Assembly: GCA_963663965.2 (NCBI GenBank)
Contig: CAXXFK010000037.1
Location: 19,350 to 83,349 of the forward strand
Direction of reading: 5' to 3'
Length of the DNA stretch: 64,000 bases
DNA from: Sedimentisphaerales bacterium
GTDB taxonomy: Bacteria > Planctomycetota > Phycisphaerae > Sedimentisphaerales > SM23-30
Shown here: positions 20,201 through 29,209 of the stretch, piece after piece
Position numbering within the stretch: position 1 is the first letter of the stretch
How the letters are laid out: each line of letters opens with the position of its first letter
The notes under the pieces: model-generated
The model's input: only the letters and a program-made list of their open reading frames with translations
The model's database searches: none
What the model was told of the DNA's origin: nothing
Made by a program: the position numbers and the translations under genes

Positions 20201-20726
20201 CCTGTTCAACAATCCCGCCCCCAAGTACCCGGATCTTCGTTTGTCGGGTAATGGCACCGCCATGGTCTCGTTCTGCTGTACCCCTGATCTGAGGGATGGT
20301 ATCGGGAATATTACCGATGATCCTTTATTTGTAGATGCTGAGGCCAGCGACTATCACCTGAAATCTCAGGCGGGACGATGGGATTCGAACCTGGGCCGTT
20401 GGCTCGTGGATGATGTAACCAGCCCGTGTATCGACGCCGGGGATCCTGCTACTGACTGGAAAGAGGAGTTCTGGCCTCACGGTGGTCGTACGAACATCGG
20501 TTTCTATGGGGGAACAAGTGAGGCAAGCATGTCCCAGAGTCCGGTGGGTAATGTGGCCGACCTTAACCTGAACCATTCAGTGGATATTGCCGATCTCATG
20601 CTTTTGGCCGACCAGTGGATACAAGAGTTACATCTGCTGCGAGCCGATCTCGACAGGAATGGGCGAATTGACTTAAAGGATCTTACGATGATGTCCCTAT
20701 ACTGGCTGGAGGTTTTAGGTTTATAA
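17277..20726 (+). CDS. Peptidase C25 (gingipain-like) domain plus right-handed beta-helix (Pmp-like GGA(I/V) repeats) plus dockerin-like module
   Basis: YLLIT...YLVLGGDE...VPV...DLYYADMDG...GRIP...QHSG...GCSTARYD...LLGDP is the C25 pattern; FxxNxAxxGGA repeats follow; C-terminal ADLNLNHSVDIADL/ADLDRNGRIDLKDL. ATG 17277 follows GAGG (the ORF track starts at 17232). Confidence 0.85.
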   Translation: MERYHILTSVAISICAGLSVLVPVALGDNGDGRYLLITGEALKDSFQPLVDHRVAQGLDGILITIEEIAASGEYSGIDIQAKIRDCIQRHYDPNRSMYLVLGGDEHIVPVRYCQTEDETVPVDLYYADMDGTLWDADGDGIYGEIGDIGLAELTPELCFGRIPVDTPEEVEAYYSKMIRYETIDPNEFVDSLLLLSGSGYEFCYEGPERPAAYRDHEPVSQKEVEMTDVFLNIIQPYWQPGHLARLFDSNTDWDVNQFGDFPITWVNVFDTINRGYHYIYYWQHSGTRYWTFQDEDTGCVFNWVHGSNVTNTFPSIMFARGCSTARYDEDDTNLCESLIKNGNGGAIIYFGHTRSAGGSPHWDQILRNVFQESHPRIGEAYKACLTILAPEKISNPWHQYIFVLLGDPAIVCHQQQKRTLQLLSPKGNEISQAGSDLFIRWNGAGSFSPQDQVTLSYSDDDGLHWYSIPGADHLPYNAAVFTWENCPLPCGSGYRVRVSSLSNPELQVESSQSFRIADMVELTIKSKPMSAVKVTGAHCYQTDCILSVIAGEPVQLTAPEHWGDLTFIRWIADDGSTFSSDSELNQSFGVNITLTATYEYHGDIAGFFVNDEIAEDGMAAGNDSQDGRSSTTPMRSVQALLDRYPDIGYGDIVHVSEGRYIENLFLSQTHVGLTLRGAGPTQSIIDGGHVTSCLLADNGWCGELQNLGFENGLGTTHGGALQLGGGAACIVRNCRFVGNEAQNRGGAIYLSCSIWPMGLEVYDSIFLNNRGNQGIVFTAKDVMATFQNCTFQGNTSNNGCVKVTGSTQLIFTDCLFENNVTLGSGGAIQMSAEGVSHANHCTFTANSAKQGGAVEADTAARFTAEDCIFQGNTAPEGGGAVHFFGSATGQFRRCTFKNNTGYQGGGVYCRDQSRVEADHCLFTGNVVSQAGGAVGIYNDAVFTATNCTIADNSCGNLSGGIAWHSWGDLTLNNCILFNNPAPKYPDLRLSGNGTAMVSFCCTPDLRDGIGNITDDPLFVDAEASDYHLKSQAGRWDSNLGRWLVDDVTSPCIDAGDPATDWKEEFWPHGGRTNIGFYGGTSEASMSQSPVGNVADLNLNHSVDIADLMLLADQWIQELHLLRADLDRNGRIDLKDLTMMSLYWLEVLGL

Positions 20727-20990
20727 AAGCAATCTGAAAACGGATTCAAGAGTGAACTCGTTACTGTCTCTAAACCTTGGGTCAATAAGAAGGGATCGAT
20801 ATTGTTCCGATTGATGTCTGCCGACGTTGCGCCCGGCGATCCACCAAGCATCAGGCGATTCTGCTCGCGTGGCTGGAGTTTAATCTGCCCAGGCAAATAA
20901 AAAGTAAATACGAAATGTAGTGAAAACTTGTATACTGCATTGACACTATCAAAAACGCCGTTTTAATCCCGCACGTGTAAAATCTGGGTG

Positions 20991-21024
20991 AAAAAAAATG
21001 AGGGCGCCAAAAAGCGACCTCATT
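20991..21024 (-). terminator. Rho-independent terminator
   Basis: Minus strand reads AATGAGGTCGC-loop-GCGCCCTCATT (one mismatch) followed by a T run, 30 bp after the stop at 21054. Confidence 0.75.
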
Positions 21025-21053
21025 GATACTTTGATTAATAAATGAAAAGTTGA

Positions 21054-21932
21054 TCAGATCAGCTTCATTTTTTTGAGGCTGTCAAAACAGCGCTTGACAC
21101 ATTCGATGGGCGGGTAGGCGTAGCTTTCGTGTTCGATGATGTACCAGTCGGTTTCACCCACGGCCTGACAGAGCGCGAAATAGGCTTTCCAGTTGATCTC
21201 ATCTTCACCGATCAGGGCCTTGTCATCTTTGGAACTGTATGCCTTGACATGGACGGTCGTAGCGCGGCCGGGATAACGATAGAGATAGGGCAGCGGATCG
21301 GCGCCGCCATGGCCGGCGTTGCAGGTATCGAGTTGCATAATCACTTCGGGATGGGTGTTCTGCAGGAAGACATCCCAGGGAATCAGGCCGTCCATGGGCT
21401 GGAATTCGACACTATGATTATGATAGCCGACACGCATACCGTGAGGCTTGACTTTATCGGCCAGTTCGTTAAAGAGCGCGGCGGTTTTCTTCCAGGCATC
21501 AATTGAATTACGATTTTGATCGGGCAGGCTGGGAACGATCAGGTATTTGTTACCGATCGTTTTGTTATATTCGATAGTTTTAGCCAGATTATCACCCATC
21601 AGGGTATCCAGTCCGGTATGGGTGCCGCAGCAAACCAAACCGTTATCATTGAGGAGCTTACGCATGTCAGTGGCCGAGTAATTATAATAACCGGCAAACT
21701 CAACGCCGGCATAACCGATTTTTGATACGGCGGCCAGAGTCGCAGGCAAGTTTTTACCACAATCTTCGCGGACTGAATAGAGTTGCAGCCCGACATTGAC
21801 TTTATTCTTTTTGCCGACTTTGGGTTTTGTCGGCTCAGCGGCCTGTAACGATGAAGCCAATACGGCCGAAGCTGAAACAGTACCGGCCAGGAACAGCCGA
21901 CGGGAAAGCGGGTCAGATCGATTGGATGACAT
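21054..21932 (-). CDS. Sugar-phosphate isomerase/epimerase family (xylose isomerase-like TIM barrel), Tat-exported
   Basis: SRRLFL twin-arginine signal; GLQLYSVR, GYAGVEFAG, YHNH, HVK and IIEHE motifs; AGGAG Shine-Dalgarno. Confidence 0.9.
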   Translation of the reverse strand: MSSNRSDPLSRRLFLAGTVSASAVLASSLQAAEPTKPKVGKKNKVNVGLQLYSVREDCGKNLPATLAAVSKIGYAGVEFAGYYNYSATDMRKLLNDNGLVCCGTHTGLDTLMGDNLAKTIEYNKTIGNKYLIVPSLPDQNRNSIDAWKKTAALFNELADKVKPHGMRVGYHNHSVEFQPMDGLIPWDVFLQNTHPEVIMQLDTCNAGHGGADPLPYLYRYPGRATTVHVKAYSSKDDKALIGEDEINWKAYFALCQAVGETDWYIIEHESYAYPPIECVKRCFDSLKKMKLI

Positions 21933-21984
21933 GATATTCTCCTTGAATTACAGGTAGATATTATTGATGGAACATCAAGGAGAT

Positions 21985-22013
21985 ACTATAGCGCAGGCCG
22001 GGATATCTGGCAA
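21985..22013 (-). promoter_or_regulatory. Putative sigma70 promoter for the TIM-barrel gene
   Basis: Minus strand TTGCCA-17 bp-TATAGT. Confidence 0.6.
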
Positions 22014-22139
22014 ATAATTTCGAAACGTAAAATATGCCTATCGGGTATAAAAATGTCCGTTCACAGGTAAGTTAAGTTTTTATTCGCAAAAGACTTATTT
22101 CACAGCCAAGCGGGCATTTTCAATCGTTAATGTTACTAC

Positions 22140-25100
22140 TCAGGGATTAGGACAAAGTACTTCTACTACCCCGGCGCTCAGTGGCGGCATAGAGAAGCGC
22201 AGGGTCTGGTTTCTGAGATTGACCTGCCCTGATTCGGGCTGGACCGAGACAGGATTTTCGAGCAAATTGATCGCAGACAGTGACCCTGGCGCTACCAGTT
22301 GGTAATCGGCATGAATAGCCTGCCGGGGAGTATCGAGCAGGATTCTGAGCGGGATTTCCTGATCGGTTGGATTCACCGCCTTAAATATTATCCGGTCGCC
22401 GGATTCACTCCGCGTGGCCACAACGTTTAAATCAGAGACAGACCCTTCAATAGCAACGCGTTGCGGGGCGTAATGGTCGCGCCAGAGCCGCATGACAACA
22501 TAGTTTGGCGCCGGGAACCAGCTCTGATGGTTGAAATTAATAAAGGCATTGTTCCAGCCGCCAGCCGAAACATGACGCAGGAACAGGGCTGGTCCACCTA
22601 TTACGAATGAGTCGCCGGTACGTTCGAAGACATTGAGCAAACCGCCGGCATAGAGCCCGGTGCGCCAATCGATGCTCTGGGCATTCCATTCGGACATATA
22701 GATTTTGATATTGGGATTGGCGGATGCCGCGATCCGATCGGAAAGCGCGACAATGAAATTTTCGTAATTGCCCGGTCCAGTCTGGTAATTGGCAGGATCT
22801 TCGTAATGATGGACACTGATATAATCCATCAGATCGGCACAGCCATTGAGGATATCCTGGTTCCAGCCCTGATCGAAGCCACTGCCACCGCAAACCAGGA
22901 TGGTGATATCCGGATCGCAGGCTTTCATCGGGGGAACAAACTGGCGTACTTTGGCAACATAAGCGGCGCTGCCGGCTTGCCAGGTCTCGTTATCGATCTC
23001 CCAGTATTTTACGTGATAGGGTTCGGGATGGCCATTGGCGGCGCGGACTGAACCCCAGGTGGAATCGGCCGGACCATTGCAATATTCCATCCAATCGAGC
23101 GCATCCTGCAGGTATTCATCGGCATCTTCCGGATGAGGGATGGGACCCACACCACAAGTGCTATCGAGAACTCCGACGTTGATAACGATGATCGGCTCGA
23201 CATTCAGGCGTTCACACATGCGGAGGAATTCATCGGTTCCATAGGAATTGACATCACGGTCCTCCCAGAGGGTCAGGGCATACTGGCCGCGCTGGTGCTG
23301 GGGACCGATCCCATCTTTCCAGCGATAAGCGGAAGCATAACAGCCGCCGGGCCAGCGGATAATCGGTGGACGCAACGCAGCCACTGCCTCATATAGATCG
23401 GGACGATAGCCATCGTTGTCGATCGAATCCTGACCCATCATACTGACTTCATCGACCAGAACAGTGCCAGAACCCTGCAAACCCACCTGTAAAGTGGCGT
23501 CCGGGGCAATCACAGTGGGTATGAGGGTAAATGGGTATTCCTGCCAGGTATCGCCAGGTGATCCGAGCGATGCCTGGGCCAGGACCTGAGAACCGTTGAG
23601 TAACCGTACCATAAGCGTGCCACCGTTACCTTTGGCCCAGAACGATCCACGATAGGGTTGTATTTCAATATTAAAAGGAGTCTGCTGGATTCCGCTGAAG
23701 CTACTATCCGTATTATTGATCTGGGTACAAAGCTGATTGTTATATCCATCGGAATTCAGAAAAGCCGTACCGGAGCCAAAGGATGTCCAGTATTGGGGTA
23801 AACCGGTAGGATTGATCGCCGGTAATCCGCTAAAGAGTAGATTGTTAGCCAGGTCGCGTACTTCGATATTGCGGTACCGGGCCGTGGTAGACCAGGTACC
23901 CAGGCCAACCTGACCGGTTAAATAAGGGGCGCTGTCGGTATAGTCCAGGACCAGTTCTTCATCCAGATACAGGCGCAGGCGATTGCCTTCGCACCGCATA
24001 CGGATATTGTGCCACCGATCGGATTCAATCACGCCGTTAACCTGATTACCGACCACACCCCAGGTGCCACCGGCAGTCCCCTTTTCGACGGCATGAAGGG
24101 TGTTGCCCCAGCCGCCCAGGTTGAACCAGTAGAAATTATTGCCGTTGGCCCGGCAGATAATCAGGAAACCTTCGGCGCCGCCGGTTTTCATGGCCTGACA
24201 GGTCATTTCATAATCGGTCCAGGTTGTATCGCCAAAAAGCAGGCGGACATTGGCGCTGGTGGCGTTCTGGACCAGTTCATCCGCTTCGATCGACCAGTCA
24301 CCCTGGCCGGACGCCAGCATTTCCATACTGCGGTTCCAGACCAGATCACCCCAGAGTCCGCCATTGGCGGAATGATAAATATGTTCGAAGAAATGACCGT
24401 AAATTTTTTCGTCGATTGGGTTGAGAATCTGATCGGCATGGATCGTCAGAACGTTATCGGTTTCTTTGATCGGACCAGTTACCGCGCCGGGCGCGTAAGG
24501 TTCGGTAGTGGCCAGCCAGTCTACCGTAAAGGTACGGAGAGTTTCGTTGAGTCCGAGCCATTCCATGGCCAGTTGGGCATAATCATCCAGATCAACCCGG
24601 CAATCGAAATTGTAATCCTCGTAGAGATAGCCCCAGGCACCGCAATCATTTTCAGCAATCTGGACTGAAATGGGCTGGGTGTGTGAGTCATGATAACGAG
24701 GATCCTCACTGATCACAGTGAAACGGATATAGGTTTCATGGGGATCGGATTCCAGAATATCATCATCAACGGCATTCAGCTGCACGGTTTGTTCCGTTGA
24801 CCAGTTTTGTGGAGTAAAGATCAGCTGGGCAGGTTGCAAAGTAAGCTGACCAGCTTCGCTAAGTATTACAGTAACATCACTCTGGGGCGGCTGATCACCA
24901 GACGCGGACAGCAGGCTGATCATCAGCTGATCACCGGTGGATTGATATTCACTGACAGCCGTCGAGTCATCTGTTTGCCGGACCGCCAACAGGGAGGTTC
25001 TGTTCTGCAAAAATTCTTGCGGCTCCAAAGCCCGCAAAGTGAGTCTGACATCATCGATCATACCGTTGAGATAATCCACTTTATTGTTGTTATACATGGC

Positions 25101-25856
25101 CCTCCCCAGTACCCAGGGGGCATTGTCGCCGCTTTTAGCCAGAGCGCTATTGCCGGTAAGCGGCGTTGAGGCTTCCAGCTGAAAACCATTGCCATCGAGC
25201 CGATCCACATACAGTTCCAGGGCCAAACCAGTGCTACGGCCCACCACGTGATACCACTGACCGGCAGAGACGGTCCAGGATGTCGTGGCCAGGAAATTAA
25301 GACCGTCCACGCTCAGAAACTGAATGCGAAGGTAATTATCCCAGGTTTTCTGAAAATAAAGTGGACAAAGCCTGGCATCATTGCCAACCTGATAACCGTC
25401 GCGGGAGACGAAGGTGCGCCAGCCGTTCAGATCGTTGAATAATACCGAAGTTTCCAAGGTCCATTGGGCAGGAGTAATAATATGAACGTCCACCCCCGTT
25501 ACCGTGGTCTGGCTGGTATAGGCCTCCTGATTACCGGTGAATATCAGGCACAGCCCCTGATTGTCGGGAGCCTGGCCCAACTGAGAAAATTGCGGTGTTG
25601 AACTACTGCGCCATCCGGCGAGGTGATTGCCGTTACCACTGAGGTCGGCTGTGCCGATTATTGATGGATTCGCGCCGGAGCTGGTATGAGCCATCAAGGA
25701 ACCGGCGGGACTTTCTTCAAAATTCCACCAGGCAACAGCATCAGCCAGATTCGCCCCGGATAAAATTGAGCAATCTGGACAGAACAGTATGAACCATACG
25801 CCCACAAACATAAACAGATTGAACAGACCGATACTCCGGGATGCTTTTTTTTCCAT
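22140..25856 (-). CDS. GH51 alpha-L-arabinofuranosidase with LamG-like, dockerin-like and inserted beta-sandwich domains
   Basis: IYGHFFEH, IRWPGGC, WEIDNE (acid/base) and MSEWN (nucleophile). LamG pattern GQWYHVV...GMIDDVRL. CGAWGYLYEDYNFDCRVDLDD half-dockerin. Signal peptide. Confidence 0.9.
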   Translation of the reverse strand: MEKKASRSIGLFNLFMFVGVWFILFCPDCSILSGANLADAVAWWNFEESPAGSLMAHTSSGANPSIIGTADLSGNGNHLAGWRSSSTPQFSQLGQAPDNQGLCLIFTGNQEAYTSQTTVTGVDVHIITPAQWTLETSVLFNDLNGWRTFVSRDGYQVGNDARLCPLYFQKTWDNYLRIQFLSVDGLNFLATTSWTVSAGQWYHVVGRSTGLALELYVDRLDGNGFQLEASTPLTGNSALAKSGDNAPWVLGRAMYNNNKVDYLNGMIDDVRLTLRALEPQEFLQNRTSLLAVRQTDDSTAVSEYQSTGDQLMISLLSASGDQPPQSDVTVILSEAGQLTLQPAQLIFTPQNWSTEQTVQLNAVDDDILESDPHETYIRFTVISEDPRYHDSHTQPISVQIAENDCGAWGYLYEDYNFDCRVDLDDYAQLAMEWLGLNETLRTFTVDWLATTEPYAPGAVTGPIKETDNVLTIHADQILNPIDEKIYGHFFEHIYHSANGGLWGDLVWNRSMEMLASGQGDWSIEADELVQNATSANVRLLFGDTTWTDYEMTCQAMKTGGAEGFLIICRANGNNFYWFNLGGWGNTLHAVEKGTAGGTWGVVGNQVNGVIESDRWHNIRMRCEGNRLRLYLDEELVLDYTDSAPYLTGQVGLGTWSTTARYRNIEVRDLANNLLFSGLPAINPTGLPQYWTSFGSGTAFLNSDGYNNQLCTQINNTDSSFSGIQQTPFNIEIQPYRGSFWAKGNGGTLMVRLLNGSQVLAQASLGSPGDTWQEYPFTLIPTVIAPDATLQVGLQGSGTVLVDEVSMMGQDSIDNDGYRPDLYEAVAALRPPIIRWPGGCYASAYRWKDGIGPQHQRGQYALTLWEDRDVNSYGTDEFLRMCERLNVEPIIVINVGVLDSTCGVGPIPHPEDADEYLQDALDWMEYCNGPADSTWGSVRAANGHPEPYHVKYWEIDNETWQAGSAAYVAKVRQFVPPMKACDPDITILVCGGSGFDQGWNQDILNGCADLMDYISVHHYEDPANYQTGPGNYENFIVALSDRIAASANPNIKIYMSEWNAQSIDWRTGLYAGGLLNVFERTGDSFVIGGPALFLRHVSAGGWNNAFINFNHQSWFPAPNYVVMRLWRDHYAPQRVAIEGSVSDLNVVATRSESGDRIIFKAVNPTDQEIPLRILLDTPRQAIHADYQLVAPGSLSAINLLENPVSVQPESGQVNLRNQTLRFSMPPLSAGVVEVLCPNP

Positions 25857-26170
25857 AATAGAATCTCTTTTACTGTTCCAGTTTATCCATTTTCAGCCTG
25901 AGTGCGGTAATCGATAAAAAGAATTATCGAACATCATGACTGATATACTATTTAGTATTATCGCATAAATTCAATTGAATATAAAGCCTTTTTTGGCTTA
26001 CTGGCGGATGGAATGATTCCAGAATGAAAAAAATATAAAGTCACATAACCTGTGACAGGATCGATACAATTATATTTATTAACCAAACATCGCCCTAACA
26101 GAATTCAAACAAATCAGCAGGGCTATTCTGCAAACAGATGCCCAATTATCCGGTTCGGTTAAAAACTCGT

Positions 26171-29100
26171 TTAAAAGCTCAAGAGCGTGATATCGTTATA
26201 ATGAGCGGAAGAGTTATCGGTACCAATACCGAGTGATCCATCGGTAATCGGCGTATCAAAAGTAAAGCTGACCGCACCAGCAGTATTGGCAACCAGGCTT
26301 GCGGTGGTCCCGTTAATCAGCAGACTCAGGGCCACGTCCTGACCGTATTTAATTTTCTGGTGGCTGTAGGCGTCGATGATCCATTCGCTGCCATCGTAAT
26401 GGCCGATGATGAGTTTGTTCTTGCGGGCAGAAATTCCGGCGAATTTGAAGGTGCCATCTTCCTGCCGGTCAAAGATGATATAACCGTTGCCATCGAGCCC
26501 TTTGCCGGGTTTGTCGATGGTTACAGTCGTTTCAAATTCGACATAATCGGGAACCTGGCCGGAATCAACCAATTGGAAGTAGGTCGCGGTATCGGGAACC
26601 GAGGCATCGATGAAGACTTCACCATCGGCCAGTTGAGAAACCGCCGCACTGGCCAGTTCATTGAGTTCAACCCGATTGGCCAGCGAGGGAATAAAGGTCA
26701 GTTCCGTTCGCGGCTGGCTTTGCGCTTCGGTCAGACTGAGCAGGAAGGATCGGAACGGATCGGCGCCGATGAGGAACTGGCCACCGGCGGCCTGACTGGC
26801 AGCCGGGGCGGGCAGGTCACCACCACTGCTTTTAACTGTGGCGTCGGGGCTGGTGGTTATGGTGTCTTTACCGCTACCGCCATAGACCTGAGCAATGCCC
26901 TGATCGAAACTCATGGTATCAGCGCCCCACTGGCCGTAGGCAATGACATCACCCATGGCCTCGATGGTATCGATATTGACAGTAGACGCTTTTTTGTCAT
27001 ATTTACGAATCTGGCGAACCGAGACATCTTCTTTCAGACTGGCAATCTTGAAATTGAGCGTTCGGTTGACGGCATAGGGATCGGTGAGCGATTGAGCGTC
27101 GACGGTACTGAACAAGGTGGCGCTGTCGCCGATGAGATAGTCGTTGCCGCCGGCGCTGTTGAGCGAGTCATTGGCGGCGTTGATGGTCTGGAGGGTACGA
27201 TTACCGCCACGATCGATGAAGCTGTCGGGATGGTTGGCAAATTGGATCTTGCCGGATTGCATATCGTATTGGTCATCAACAAAGCGACCAATATCCTTAA
27301 GCAGGGCGTCGATATCTTTTTCCAGTTGTCGGGCTTCCTTCTCATCCTGGACGCTGGTTTGCACCACCGGCAGGGCAATCACGGCAGTATTACCAAAGAC
27401 AACATCATCCCCCAGACCGCCATCGACACTATTGTTATGGATCGACAGGTCATAGGGATAATCCCAGGCGATATCATCCAGTTCCCACGATTTATAGGTC
27501 AATTTTTTCAGGGCCAGGTCATCGACGTGATTAGCCAGGGCCTTATCATAGGCTTTAGCCTGATCTTTCAGGGCCGATTCGGTATCTTTGGTTATGGCCG
27601 GATCGAAGGACAGGCCGGTATCACCGGAGACAGGACTGTCGCCAACAATGGTCACTATCAATGTGCCATCATCGCCGACAACCAGATCCTCACCGGCGCC
27701 GGAATCGATGGTGTCGTTATTGAGATACAGATCGTGTAAATCAGGATCCACCTGTTCGGACGATTTGATCTTTTCCTTTTTGGGATTTTCTACCCCGGCT
27801 GAAGCAATCTGTTCACCGACAAGCTGATAATGCATCTGGAAGAGCGCCGCCTCGGTATCCACCGCAAGGCGGTTCATATCGAGCAGATAGCGCTGGAGCT
27901 GCATAGCCTGGTCGACATAACGGTTATCGATATCGGGCAGGCCATTGACGAAGGACTGGATAATGACCCCATTGTCGCCAAAGACCATATCATTGTCGTC
28001 GCCGGAATTGATCGAGTCCGCACCAACTACCAGGTCATGTTCATCGGTCGAACCGGCATATCCAACCAGATCGGTCATCAAGTAATCATCGGCGGCCAGC
28101 ACGGTTTGCAGCGTGTTCCAGAGAGTGGTGCGGGCATCGACGATGGGCTGAAGCTCATTGGCCAGTTCAGAATGGACCAGCCCTTTATCGCCAAAGACCA
28201 GATCATCCCCGGCGCCGGCTTCGATGGTATCGTTACCGGGCAGGATTTCGCGATGGTCGGAGATGGCCGGGACAAAAGTAAAGAATCCACGCGCCAGCGA
28301 GCCATCGGCCAGGGGCAGATCGGTGATGTTTTCCTGACGGCTGATATCGCGAATCGATTGGGGCAGGACCGCGCCAAACGGGGTATCGAAGATATAAGGC
28401 GATACGATATCCAGCGCAGCCGTCTTGAGGCCAAGTGGATCAGCGATGACCGTGCCGCCGGACCGGATAACAATCTGATCATCGGCGGTATTGGTCACAC
28501 GCAAGGCGTTGAGGACATGTGGCAGGTCGGTATCGAACGAGACAACATTCTGTGCTTCATCGCCAAAAATCGTGTCGTTGTCATCGCCGCCCAGGATCGT
28601 ATCGTTACCCAGATCGCCAAAGATGATATCGTTACCGGAACCGCCATCAAGGGTATGCTGACCAATATCAGGCAGATCGATCAGCACCAGCCGGGTTTGC
28701 CAGACACCATTGACCGTTACGGGTGAGCCATCGGAATGATAGAGACCGGCCGCCATGACCAGATCAGCCTGGTAAAGGGTCTGGGCCAGCAGTTCGCCAC
28801 TCAGATCAAGTGTGCTGTCAATATCCATTATGCCGGTGACCATTATATCACGTTGCAGCATGACATCACGATGCCAGCTGCCATCGATATTCAGGCGGGG
28901 CAGGCCATCGGCGTCATAAGCGCGTTGGATCACGGCATCCTGGCCGGTGATCACGTCGTTATCATCTCCACCGGAAATCTGATTGCTGCCGGCACCGCCG
29001 ATCAATTCATCATCGCCGGCTTCACCAATCAGAATATCATCACCAAGCTGACCCCAGATCCGGTCATCACCGGGACCACCGGTCAGCAGATCATTGCCGC

Positions 29101-29209
29101 CGGTGCCGGGATTGTCATAAAACTGGGTAATTTCACGAATCACATCCGCAAAGGGCGCGGGATAAACGACCCACTGACCGTTTTCCAAGGTTCGCTGGGA
29201 TGATACCAT
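26171..29209 (-). CDS. C-terminal portion of the giant RTX-repeat surface protein, separated by a frameshift; ends in a concanavalin/lectin-like beta-sandwich
   Basis: GGxGxD repeats continue from the upstream ORF, which it overlaps (29133-29209). No convincing independent start signal. The frame is restored by deleting one base at 29197-29199. Confidence 0.8.
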   Translation of the reverse strand: MVSSQRTLENGQWVVYPAPFADVIREITQFYDNPGTGGNDLLTGGPGDDRIWGQLGDDILIGEAGDDELIGGAGSNQISGGDDNDVITGQDAVIQRAYDADGLPRLNIDGSWHRDVMLQRDIMVTGIMDIDSTLDLSGELLAQTLYQADLVMAAGLYHSDGSPVTVNGVWQTRLVLIDLPDIGQHTLDGGSGNDIIFGDLGNDTILGGDDNDTIFGDEAQNVVSFDTDLPHVLNALRVTNTADDQIVIRSGGTVIADPLGLKTAALDIVSPYIFDTPFGAVLPQSIRDISRQENITDLPLADGSLARGFFTFVPAISDHREILPGNDTIEAGAGDDLVFGDKGLVHSELANELQPIVDARTTLWNTLQTVLAADDYLMTDLVGYAGSTDEHDLVVGADSINSGDDNDMVFGDNGVIIQSFVNGLPDIDNRYVDQAMQLQRYLLDMNRLAVDTEAALFQMHYQLVGEQIASAGVENPKKEKIKSSEQVDPDLHDLYLNNDTIDSGAGEDLVVGDDGTLIVTIVGDSPVSGDTGLSFDPAITKDTESALKDQAKAYDKALANHVDDLALKKLTYKSWELDDIAWDYPYDLSIHNNSVDGGLGDDVVFGNTAVIALPVVQTSVQDEKEARQLEKDIDALLKDIGRFVDDQYDMQSGKIQFANHPDSFIDRGGNRTLQTINAANDSLNSAGGNDYLIGDSATLFSTVDAQSLTDPYAVNRTLNFKIASLKEDVSVRQIRKYDKKASTVNIDTIEAMGDVIAYGQWGADTMSFDQGIAQVYGGSGKDTITTSPDATVKSSGGDLPAPAASQAAGGQFLIGADPFRSFLLSLTEAQSQPRTELTFIPSLANRVELNELASAAVSQLADGEVFIDASVPDTATYFQLVDSGQVPDYVEFETTVTIDKPGKGLDGNGYIIFDRQEDGTFKFAGISARKNKLIIGHYDGSEWIIDAYSHQKIKYGQDVALSLLINGTTASLVANTAGAVSFTFDTPITDGSLGIGTDNSSAHYNDITLLSF

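Noticed and set aside
20504..20896. 130-aa minus-strand ORF with an ADINRNN dockerin-like fragment
   Set aside because: It overlaps the 3' end of the C25 gene antisense, starts at TTG with no ribosome-binding site, and the motif is too short to support a gene or pseudogene.
26360..27739. 459-aa plus-strand ORF (also 27830-28726, 33852-34898, 36906-38084)
   Set aside because: These are antisense shadows of the RTX gene caused by its codon bias; they have no recognisable motifs or start signals.
29197..29199. Programmed ribosomal frameshift or slipped-strand phase variation
   Set aside because: There is no slippery heptamer or long homopolymer/microsatellite at the junction; an error or point mutation is simpler.
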